A DNA stretch of 64,000 nucleotides from the NCBI GenBank assembly GCA_037440005.1, contig JBBIUY010000007.1, positions 26,671 through 90,670 on the forward strand. Reading direction: 5' to 3'. Shown here one piece after another: positions 45,067 through 52,250 of the stretch (its first letter is position 1; every line of letters starts with the position of its first letter). Position numbers and translations under genes: made by a program. This stretch comes from Armatimonadota bacterium (GTDB taxonomy: Bacteria; Sysuimicrobiota; Sysuimicrobiia; Sysuimicrobiales; Kaftiobacteriaceae). The notes beneath the pieces are model-generated. The model was not told the DNA's origin. It did no database searches and saw only the letters and a list, made by a program, of their open reading frames with translations.

Positions 45067-45126
45067 GAGGTACCTGTCCCTACCGGCCTGAGGTACCTGT
45101 CCCCGACCGGTCGGAGGTACCTGTCC
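45067..45126. repeat. three direct copies of GAGGTACCTGTCC spaced 23-24 bp apart
   Basis: Copies at 45067-45079, 45090-45102 and 45114-45126. Confidence 0.95.
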
Positions 45127-45384
45127 AGCATCCCCGATGACGCCGAGAGCGGGCGTTCATGGTAATCTTGTCAGCCTGTGCCTTCAGGGGATGAGGGACC
45201 TCTACCCTGACGTGGGTGGCTGGCCCCGGTCTGGGAGAGGCGGACATTCTTTCGTGGCCTGGAACAATGTGTCGCCACGTCCGGTCGGCAGGAGGGTGCG
45301 ACTCCACCGGGGAATCGGCGGGACTGCTGAGGCCAGGATGCCTTCATACGCCGCGCCCCCACGGTGCGCGGCGGGCGGAAGGTG

Positions 45385-46086
45385 ATGAAGGTGTCTGCCC
45401 GTATCGGGGCGGTCGTCCTCGTCCTTACTGTGGTTGTCGGGGCGGCGGCAGGATCGCCGTCTCCCATTCCGGAAGACAGCGTCCAGCAGGTGCTTGCCGT
45501 GGCGCCGACGGGACGGTTCCTCCGGCGGGGGACGGCTGTCCATGTGGGCGGAGGCGTCTTCTACACCAGTGCGCACGTGGTCCAGGTGGAGGAGGACTAC
45601 AGGGAATTCTACCTGGCCACCACGACCGCGCAGCGCCGGCGCGAAGCCTGGACTCCCGCGCAGGTCGCCTGCGTCCACCCCCGGTGGAGGGGGGTGGGCC
45701 CCTGGGACCGGACGTCCCCGTACGACATCGCCACCCTCCGGGCGACCGGCCACGTCGGGGCGCCGGCCCTTCCCGTGGACGTGTCTGTCCCGCAGCCGAT
45801 GCAGCCGGTGACGATCGTGGGGTTCCCGGCGGCGTCCTTCGGATGGCCTCCCAAGCAGTACGTGTCGCCGGGCGTCGTGGATCAGGTGTGGCTGTCGGAC
45901 CACGTGTTCAGCGTGGTCGTCCGGGAGGGGTTCGTTCTGGAAGGGAGCAGCGGCTCGGGCGTCCTCCGCAACGGCCGTGTGGTCGGCATCGTCTACGCCC
46001 GCGCCGGCGAACGCGACCGCTCGGCCGCCCCGGCGGTCTTCGCGGTGACGATGCTCGCCGCCGTGCAGGGATGCCCGCCTCGATGA
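45385..46086 (+). CDS. secreted trypsin-like serine protease (no PDZ)
   Basis: GGAAGG SD. Signal/TM 'MKVSARIGAVVLVLTVVVGAAAG'. His 'YTSAHVV', Asp 'YDIATL', Ser 'GSSGSGV'. Confidence 0.7.
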   Translation: MKVSARIGAVVLVLTVVVGAAAGSPSPIPEDSVQQVLAVAPTGRFLRRGTAVHVGGGVFYTSAHVVQVEEDYREFYLATTTAQRRREAWTPAQVACVHPRWRGVGPWDRTSPYDIATLRATGHVGAPALPVDVSVPQPMQPVTIVGFPAASFGWPPKQYVSPGVVDQVWLSDHVFSVVVREGFVLEGSSGSGVLRNGRVVGIVYARAGERDRSAAPAVFAVTMLAAVQGCPPR

Positions 46087-46215
46087 CCGGTGCCGGCGCG
46101 AGAGTTTGAGAGGAACTGTACCTCACTGTCGGAGGTCGGCCGCAGGCCTCGGTGCAGGGGCCGGCGGGCGAAGATGGAATCCCTTTCTTCGAACGCCACA
46201 AGGAGGTTTGGCGAC

Positions 46216-47226
46216 ATGTCCAGTCGTCTCGTCCGCGGTGTGCTTCTGTGCGCGCTGGCAGGGGTGCTGGTCGCGGCCGCGCTGCCTCCCGCCGGGCTGC
46301 AGGCCGCCCCGGCCGCGCGCCTGCGGGTGGCGGCGGTCTTCCCCGGGGTGGTCACCGACGCCGACTACAACACGCTGGGATTCGTGGCGCTGCGCTCGGT
46401 GGCCAGCGAACTGGGGGCCGAGGTGGCCTACTCCGAGAGCGTGCCGGTGCCCGACGTGGAGCGGGTGATGCGGGAGTACATCGACCTGAAGTTCACCGTC
46501 ATCTGGACCCACGGCGGGCAGTTCATCTCCCAGACCGAAAAACTAGCCCGGGAGTTCCCCGCCGTCACCTTCATCGGCGAGGCCGACGCGCCGCTGGCCC
46601 AGCCCCAGCCGCCCAACCTCTGGGTCATCGACCGCAACTTCCACATCGGCTTTTACCCCATCGGGGCGCTGGCGGCCATGCTCACCCAGACCGGCAAGAT
46701 CGCCTACGTGGGCGGCCTGACGCTGCCCTTCTCGTACTCCGAGGTGCACGCCATCCGCCAGGCCCTGCGGGACCAGCGTCGCCAGGTGGAGTTCAAGGCG
46801 GTGTGGGTCGGGGACTTCAACGATCCGGCCAAAGCGCGCCAGGTCGCCGACGCCCTCATCGCCGAGGGCCACGATGTCTTGATGGGGTCCCTCAACCTGG
46901 GCATGCTGGGCGTCTTCGAGGCCGTCAAGGCCGCCCCCCGGCGGGTGTGGGTGACGGCCAAGTACACCGACAAGCTGACCTTCGCTCCCCAGCACTACGT
47001 CACGTCCGTCCTGTACGACTTCGCCGGCCCCCTGCGCACCATCGTCCGGCGGATCGCCCGCGGCGAACGCAGTGGCTACTACCCCCTGGGATTTGACACC
47101 GGCGTGGCGTTGCAGTTCCCCCTGCGCAACGTCCCCGATCCGGTGGCCGCCGCCATGCGCCGGCTAGTGGCCGACCTGGTGGCCGGCAAGATCGCCGTGG
47201 TCAAGGACGTGACGCCGGTCCGGTAG
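46216..47226 (+). CDS. BMP-family (Med/PnrA-like) ABC transporter substrate-binding protein
   Basis: AAGGAGG SD. Signal peptide. 'RVAAVFPGVVTDADYNTLGF', 'KIAYVGGLTLPF' and 'VWVGDFNDPAKA'. Confidence 0.8.
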   Translation: MSSRLVRGVLLCALAGVLVAAALPPAGLQAAPAARLRVAAVFPGVVTDADYNTLGFVALRSVASELGAEVAYSESVPVPDVERVMREYIDLKFTVIWTHGGQFISQTEKLAREFPAVTFIGEADAPLAQPQPPNLWVIDRNFHIGFYPIGALAAMLTQTGKIAYVGGLTLPFSYSEVHAIRQALRDQRRQVEFKAVWVGDFNDPAKARQVADALIAEGHDVLMGSLNLGMLGVFEAVKAAPRRVWVTAKYTDKLTFAPQHYVTSVLYDFAGPLRTIVRRIARGERSGYYPLGFDTGVALQFPLRNVPDPVAAAMRRLVADLVAGKIAVVKDVTPVR

Positions 47227-47234
47227 GTGCCGCG

Positions 47235-48803
47235 GTGGCGCCGCAGGCGGCCGCCGGCGGAGCGGGCGCCGGCGCTCTGGTGGAGATGCGGGCGATCCGC
47301 AAGGCTTTCGGGCCGACGGTGGCCCTGGACGGCGCCCGCCTGGACCTCCGCGAAGGAGAGATCCACGGCCTGCTGGGCGGCAACGGCGCCGGCAAGACCA
47401 CCTTGATGAACATCCTCTACGGCCTGTATCGGGCCGACGGGGGAGAGATCCTCCTGGCCGGCCGGCCCGTCCAGATTCGCTCCCCCCGCGACGCCCTGGC
47501 CTGTGGCATCGGCATGGTGCACCAGCACTTCCTCCAGATCGACCCCTTCACGGTGACCCAGAACGTGGTCCTGGGTCTGCCGGGGTCCGGCGCCCTGCGG
47601 ACGGTCCTGGCCGGGGCGGAGGAGCGCATCCGGGACCTGGCGGCGCGCTTCGGGCTGGACGTGGATCCCCGGGCGCGGGTCGCGGACCTGCCGGTGGGCG
47701 CCCGCCAGCGGGTGGAGATCCTCAAGGCCCTGTACCGGCGGGCGCGGGTGCTGATCCTGGACGAGCCCACCACGAACCTGACTCCCCAGGAGGTGGACTC
47801 CCTGTTTGCGTCCCTGCGGGCGATGGTCCGGGAGGGGATCAGCGTCGTCTTCATCACCCACAAGATCCGCGAGGCCCGCGCCGTGTGCGACCGCGTCTCG
47901 GTCATGCGGCAGGGGCGCACCGCGGTGACCGTAGACAAAGACGAGGCCTCCGAGGAGAGCCTGGTGCGGGCCATGGTGGGCGCGGACGTGGACGTGGGTG
48001 CCAGCCTGGTGTTCGGGGGCAGGCGGGACGAGCGCCTCCCGCCGTCCGCCCAGGTGGCCCTGCAGGTGGACGGGCTGGAGGTGTCCGTCGCCGGCGTCCC
48101 GGTGGTCCGCGGGTGCACCCTGCAGGTCCGCCACGGGGAGATTCTCGGGATCGCCGGGGTCGCCGGCAACGGCCAGCGGGAGCTGGTGGAAGCGATCATG
48201 GGCGTGCGCCCCCGCGCTGCCGGCCGCGTGTGGGTGGACGGGGAGGACGTCAGCCGGGTCACCACGGCCCAGGTGCTGGCCCGGGGCGTCAGCTACATCC
48301 CCGAAGACCGCCTCCGCGACGGCTTCCTGCCGGCCGCCAGCGTGGTCCACAACCTGATTCTGGGATTCCACCGCCGTCCGCCCTACAGCCGCGGGATCTG
48401 GCTGGACTGGAGGGCGGCCGTGGCGGCGGCGCGCCGGATGGTGGACCAGTACCAGATCCGCGCGCCCGGCCTGCACAGCCCGGCGGCCACCTTGTCGGGC
48501 GGCAACATCCAGCGCCTGATGCTGGCCCGGGCGTTCTCGCATCCCTGCCGCGTTCTGGTGGCCCACAACCCCACCCGGGGGCTGGACGTGCCGTCCACCG
48601 AGTTCGTGTACGCGCGGCTGCTGGACCTGCGCCGCCAGGGGGTGGGGATCCTGCTGCTGTCGGAGGACCTGGACGAGCTGATGCTGCTGGCCGACCGTAT
48701 CGCGGTGATCTTCCGGGGGCGGATCGTGGGGGTCCTGGACCGGGCCGCCTTCGACCGCCACCGGATCGGCCGGCTGATGAGCGGGGTGGAGACCGCTGGG
48801 TGA
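47235..48803 (+). CDS. ABC transporter ATP-binding protein with two cassettes (sugar/nucleoside-importer type)
   Basis: 'GGNGAGKTTLMNIL', 'VGARQRVEILKAL', 'LILDEPT'. Second half carries 'GVAGNGQRELV', 'LSGGNIQRL' and 'LLLSEDLDEL'. Confidence 0.85.
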   Translation: MAPQAAAGGAGAGALVEMRAIRKAFGPTVALDGARLDLREGEIHGLLGGNGAGKTTLMNILYGLYRADGGEILLAGRPVQIRSPRDALACGIGMVHQHFLQIDPFTVTQNVVLGLPGSGALRTVLAGAEERIRDLAARFGLDVDPRARVADLPVGARQRVEILKALYRRARVLILDEPTTNLTPQEVDSLFASLRAMVREGISVVFITHKIREARAVCDRVSVMRQGRTAVTVDKDEASEESLVRAMVGADVDVGASLVFGGRRDERLPPSAQVALQVDGLEVSVAGVPVVRGCTLQVRHGEILGIAGVAGNGQRELVEAIMGVRPRAAGRVWVDGEDVSRVTTAQVLARGVSYIPEDRLRDGFLPAASVVHNLILGFHRRPPYSRGIWLDWRAAVAAARRMVDQYQIRAPGLHSPAATLSGGNIQRLMLARAFSHPCRVLVAHNPTRGLDVPSTEFVYARLLDLRRQGVGILLLSEDLDELMLLADRIAVIFRGRIVGVLDRAAFDRHRIGRLMSGVETAG

Positions 48804-48861
48804 GCGGACGGCACGCGCAGCGCGCCTGCCCGCTGGGGCGGGCGAGGTCGGCTCCTACCTG

Positions 48862-49836
48862 GTGGCCGTGGCGGCCGCCTTTGCGGCGGTGGGGGCGTTT
48901 CTGGCGGTCCTGGGGTTTGACGTGCCCCGGGCGTACGGCACCATCCTGTTCACGTCGTTCCGGACCGTCAACGGGTTTGTGCAGACCCTGCTCAAGTTCA
49001 TCCCGATCCTGCTGCTGGCGCTGGCCTTCACGGTCCCCCTGGCCGCCTGGAAGTTCAACATCGGGGGCGAGGGCCAGCTCATCGCCGGCGCCGTCGGCGC
49101 CGCGGCGGCGGGTATCCTCCTGGCGGGCCTGCCGGCGGTGGTGCTGCTGCCGGCGGTGATCGTGAGCGGGACGGCGGCGGGCGCCCTGTGGGCGGCCGTC
49201 CCGGCGTGGCTGCTGTACCGCTTCGGCATCAACGAGATCCTCACCACGGTGCTGATGAACTTCGTGTCCTTCGGCGTCATGGACTACGCCGCCACCGAGG
49301 GATGGCCCGACACCGCCGCCGGCCACCCCACCACGGTGCCCATCGGCTCTGGTGGCCGCCTCCCGCTGCTGGTGGCCAGCCCGCCCCTGCACGCCGGGAT
49401 CCTGGTGGCCCTGGCCGCCGCGGCGGCGGTGTCCGCGTACCTGTACCGGACGGCCGGGGGCTACGAACTGCGGGCCGCCGGCGCCAACGCCCGCGCGGCG
49501 TTGCTGCACGGGATCGCCGTCCACCGCATCGCCCCGCTGGCGCTGGTCCTGGGGGGCGCGCTGGCCGGGCTGGCCGGCGCCATCGAGGTGGCGGGCGTGC
49601 ACCACCGCCTCATCGAGGGCGTGCAGTCCAACTACCTGCTGCTGAGCATCCTGGTCGGGCTGCTGGCCCGGGGGAATGTGTGGGCGGTGCCGGGGGTGGC
49701 GTTCGCCATCGCGGTCCTGGACGTGGGTGCCCGCGCCATGCAGCGCACCATGATGATCCCCGTGGACGTGGTCTTCGTGGTGGAAGGGTTGGTCCTGATC
49801 TTCGTGCTGCTCTCCGACGTGGTACGCCGGAGGTGA
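48862..49836 (+). CDS. ABC transporter permease (BMP-type importer)
   Basis: Polytopic protein. 'FNIGGEGQLIAGAV' and 'INEILTTVLMNF' are typical. Start is uncertain (first in-frame GTG). Confidence 0.8.
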   Translation: MAVAAAFAAVGAFLAVLGFDVPRAYGTILFTSFRTVNGFVQTLLKFIPILLLALAFTVPLAAWKFNIGGEGQLIAGAVGAAAAGILLAGLPAVVLLPAVIVSGTAAGALWAAVPAWLLYRFGINEILTTVLMNFVSFGVMDYAATEGWPDTAAGHPTTVPIGSGGRLPLLVASPPLHAGILVALAAAAAVSAYLYRTAGGYELRAAGANARAALLHGIAVHRIAPLALVLGGALAGLAGAIEVAGVHHRLIEGVQSNYLLLSILVGLLARGNVWAVPGVAFAIAVLDVGARAMQRTMMIPVDVVFVVEGLVLIFVLLSDVVRRR

Positions 49837-49851
49837 CCGGCCACGGACGCG

Positions 49852-50778
49852 GTGGTGACCTTTGCGCGGCTGGTGATGCTGACGCTGGTGCCCTATGTGC
49901 TGGCCGGCCAGGGGACGATGCTGGCCGGGCGGGCCGGGGTGTTCAACGTCGCCCAGGAGGGCATCATGCTGGCCGGCGCGTCGGTGGGCTTCCTGGGGGC
50001 GTACCTGTCCGGCGGCAATCTGGTCGAGGGGATCCTGCTGGCCGTGGCGGCGGGCGGGCTGTTCGGGCTGGTCCTGGCCTACTTCACCACCACCCTGCGG
50101 ATGGACCAGTTCGTGGTGGGGCTGGCGCTGTTCTTCATCGGCCTGGCCCTGTCCACGCTGCTGTACCGGCTGGCCATCGGGGTCACCCTGACCCCGCCCC
50201 TCATCCCCACCCTGCGGGACATCCCGGTGCCCGGGCTCAGCCGTCTGCCGGTGGCGGGGGAGGTGTTCTTCCGCCACAACGCGCTGGTCTACGGGGCGGT
50301 GGTCCTGTCGGCGGTCCTGTACCTGGTCCTCTACCACACGGGCCCGGGGCTGGCGCTGCAGGCGGTGGGCGAGAACCCCATGGCGGCGGACAGCCTGGGC
50401 GTCAACGTGGCCCGGGTGCGCTACGTGACCACGGTGGCGGGGGCGATGCTGATCGGGCTGGCCGGCGCCTACCTGCCCATGGTGTACACGGCCACCTTCA
50501 CCGACGGCATCGTGCGCGGGCGCGGGTGGCTGTCCATCGCCCTGACTTTCTTCGGAGGGTGGAGCCCGCACCTGATCCTGCTGGGGGCGCTGTTCTTCGC
50601 CGCCGTGGAGGTCCTGGCGTTCCGCGTGCAGGTCACCGGCGTGGGCGTGCCCTACCAGCTGATCCTCATGCTGCCGTATCTGGCCACCATGGCGGTGATG
50701 ATGCCCACCTTCCGCCGGCTGCGGGTGCCGGCATTTCTGGGCCGCAACTACGACCGCGAGCGCCGGGTGCAGGTGTAG
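49852..50778 (+). CDS. ABC transporter permease (BMP-type importer, second subunit)
   Basis: 'AGVFNVAQEGIMLAGA' and 'GENPMAADSLGVNV'. Polytopic protein. Confidence 0.8.
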   Translation: MVTFARLVMLTLVPYVLAGQGTMLAGRAGVFNVAQEGIMLAGASVGFLGAYLSGGNLVEGILLAVAAGGLFGLVLAYFTTTLRMDQFVVGLALFFIGLALSTLLYRLAIGVTLTPPLIPTLRDIPVPGLSRLPVAGEVFFRHNALVYGAVVLSAVLYLVLYHTGPGLALQAVGENPMAADSLGVNVARVRYVTTVAGAMLIGLAGAYLPMVYTATFTDGIVRGRGWLSIALTFFGGWSPHLILLGALFFAAVEVLAFRVQVTGVGVPYQLILMLPYLATMAVMMPTFRRLRVPAFLGRNYDRERRVQV

Positions 50779-50812
50779 AACTCGAAGGTGGCAAGGCCCC
50801 CCGCCCGCGTCT

Positions 50813-50870
50813 TCTCCCCAAAGGGGCGAGGAGGAAAAGAATTGAGGCCCCTGATGGGGGCCGGGGCCTC
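50813..50870 (-). terminator. terminator module A: hairpin GAGGCCCC...GGGGCCTC followed on the minus strand by AATTCTTTTCC
   Basis: 8-bp GC stem (50844-50851 / 50863-50870) plus a T-rich tract on the minus strand. Near-duplicate of module B. Confidence 0.55.
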
Positions 50871-50894
50871 TCGTCACGCCCCTCACCTGTGTCC

Positions 50895-50945
50895 TCTCCC
50901 CAAAGGGGCGAGGAGAAAAAGGATTGAGGCCCCTGACGGGGCCTC
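50895..50945 (-). terminator. terminator module B: hairpin GAGGCCCC-tgac-GGGGCCTC followed on the minus strand by AATCCTTTTTCTCC
   Basis: 8-bp stem with a 4-nt loop (50926-50945) and a T5 tract on the minus strand. Lies directly downstream of the tRNA-Gly repeat array. Confidence 0.65.
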
Positions 50946-50956
50946 TCCACCGTCCC

Positions 50957-51167
50957 TGGAGCGGGCGATGGGATTTGAACCCCCGGCCGTCGCTCGCTCT
51001 CGGCCTGGTGGCCGGCTCGCTCCTCGGAGGGGCTAGCCCCTCCGATTCCTCCCCTTACCACCTGGGGGAGCTGGCGCTCCCCCGCACCCCCCCTCGGCCG
51101 TGGGTTCAAATCGTCTCGCGGAAATACGAATCAGCGTGGGATCACACACCGACCCCGCGCTGATTTC
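50957..51167 (-). repeat. 211-bp tandem unit, copy 1: ends (minus sense) with a copy of the tRNA-Gly 3' end
   Basis: Identical by eye, base for base, to 51168-51378. The first 26 nt (plus sense, TGGAGCGGGCGATGGGATTTGAACCC) match tRNA-Gly 51379-51404. Confidence 0.95.
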
Positions 51168-51378
51168 TGGAGCGGGCGATGGGATTTGAACCCCCGGCCG
51201 TCGCTCGCTCTCGGCCTGGTGGCCGGCTCGCTCCTCGGAGGGGCTAGCCCCTCCGATTCCTCCCCTTACCACCTGGGGGAGCTGGCGCTCCCCCGCACCC
51301 CCCCTCGGCCGTGGGTTCAAATCGTCTCGCGGAAATACGAATCAGCGTGGGATCACACACCGACCCCGCGCTGATTTC
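51168..51378 (-). repeat. 211-bp tandem unit, copy 2
   Basis: The period is exactly 211 bp (50957, 51168, 51379). Confidence 0.95.
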
Positions 51379-51453
51379 TGGAGCGGGCGATGGGATTTGA
51401 ACCCACGGCCCTCGGCTTGGGAAGCCGATGCTCTACCCCTGAGCTACGCCCGC
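51379..51453 (-). tRNA. tRNA-Gly (anticodon CCC), CCA encoded
   Basis: GCGGGCG-TA-GCTC-AGGGGTA-GAGC-A-TCGGC-TTCCCAA-GCCGA-GGGCC-GTGGG-TTCAAAT-CCCAT-CGCCCGC-T-CCA. Canonical cloverleaf. Confidence 0.95.
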
Positions 51454-51466
51454 TCGCCCTGGCAGC

Positions 51467-51472
51467 ATTATA
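51467..51472 (-). promoter_or_regulatory. candidate -10 box (TATAAT) 13 nt upstream of the tRNA-Gly 5' end
   Basis: Perfect TATAAT on the minus strand. Same arrangement as upstream of tRNA-Ser. Confidence 0.5.
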
Positions 51473-51588
51473 CTACGGTTTCCGTCGGCCGCCTTCCTCC
51501 GTCAGCCCGTCCCTGTGACGGCCATCACTGCTCCGCCGGGGATCTGCCACTATCGTCAGGACATAGGCACCGTGGAGGAGGAACCGAC

Positions 51589-51789
51589 ATGGACGGCTCC
51601 CTGCTGGCGGTCCTGGGCATCGCGCTGCCGGTCGTCGTGTGGATTTTCTCCCTGACGCCCCGGGACGTTCGGGACATCCCGGTCAGCAAGGAGGAGGTTC
51701 TGGCCCTCCGGGGAGTCCGCTGGCCCGACCGGCCGGCGGTCCGCGCCGGCCCCCCCGGCCGGGGAATGATCCGCCGCCGTCGCGGGTAG
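51589..51789 (+). CDS. small single-TM protein (66 aa), hypothetical
   Basis: GGAGGAGG SD 6 nt upstream of the ATG. Sequence 'MDGSLLAVLGIALPVVVWIFSL...'. Confidence 0.35.
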   Translation: MDGSLLAVLGIALPVVVWIFSLTPRDVRDIPVSKEEVLALRGVRWPDRPAVRAGPPGRGMIRRRRG

Positions 51790-52250
51790 AGATATCGGTG
51801 GAATGAGGACGACGCGCACCGCCCCTCCATCCGGCTGGCTGGGCCACCGGGGCATCCCCCGCCCGGCCGTGGTCCGGCGCGAGCACCGGTCCGCCCCCGC
51901 CGACGGCCTGGACTGCCTGCTGGCCATCTGGATCGCCCAGGCCATGCTGGACGGCCCCTCCCCGCGCCTGCCGCGGCGGCGCCTCCGGCAGGAACCCTCC
52001 GGGGCGGCCGCGAAATCCCCCCACAGCACCGGGACGCCCTGAGCCGTCCCTTCCGACCTTCCTGCAGCAGCCGCACGTCGCAGTCGCACGTCCTGGCGCG
52101 GTGACCTGCGTGGTCTGGACGCGGGTGCGCGCAACCCGAAGGCCGGGGAGTGTGGCGGACGACGCAGGATGTCCGTACGAGAGCGGGCGCGGCCCATCAA
52201 GCGGGCGGCGCCCGCGGTGTTGGTGAGCCGGCGCATCGGGGGGTGAGAGG

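Noticed and set aside
44893-45126. Considered a CRISPR array for the 15-nt and 23-24-nt periodic repeats, and likewise for the 211-bp units at 50.9-51.4 kb.
   Set aside because: The repeats are far too short or contiguous (no 25-40-nt unique spacers) or far too long (211 bp, identical 'spacers'). No cas genes are in the window.
44774-45140. ORFs in the repeat-rich intergenic region (e.g. 44774-45091 plus 'GTVPGGTVPGGTVPRG', 44618-45004 minus 'GDRPPGDRPPGDRP').
   Set aside because: Their periodic peptides are by-products of the DNA repeats. No SD or start context, and they overlap each other in several frames.
44772-45384. Looked on the minus strand for a known riboswitch (TPP, FMN, preQ1, cobalamin, THF) ahead of the ECF operon.
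   Set aside because: I could not recognise any conserved cores (e.g. the CUGAGA/ACCUGAUCUGGAUAAUGCCAGCG of TPP). This cannot be excluded without a covariance-model scan, so it is not claimed.
48289-50886. 865-aa minus-strand ORF antisense to the ABC ATPase/permease genes. Similar cases are 39241-40782, 42912-44150, 28410-30215, 29962-31707 and 54927-57119.
   Set aside because: All are Arg/Gly/Pro/His-rich, lack motifs, and lie opposite frames with unmistakable family signatures.
50666-51374. Four ORFs across the tRNA-Gly repeat units (50666-51109 minus, 51033-51320 minus, 50924-51163 plus, 51186-51374 plus) with duplicated peptide segments.
   Set aside because: The duplicated peptides merely reflect the 211-bp DNA repeat. 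Starts fall inside the tRNA-derived segment, there is no SD, and the content is low-complexity Pro/Gly/Ser/Arg.
50957-51378. Considered whether each 211-bp unit is a tmRNA, a second tRNA-Gly gene with an intron, or a permuted/split tRNA.
   Set aside because: No 5' acceptor strand (GCGGGCG) or D/anticodon arms are present. The pseudo-T-stem has a mismatch (GGGGG/CCCAT). The acceptor/discriminator is Gly-type rather than the G-U Ala identity of tmRNA, and there is no tag reading frame. Only the last ~31 nt are tRNA-derived.
51803-52042. 79-aa plus-strand ORF and overlapping minus-strand ORFs in the 460-bp gap upstream of coxS.
   Set aside because: Arg/Pro/Gly-rich, no SD, mutually overlapping in several frames. 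The region is treated as non-coding leader/promoter.
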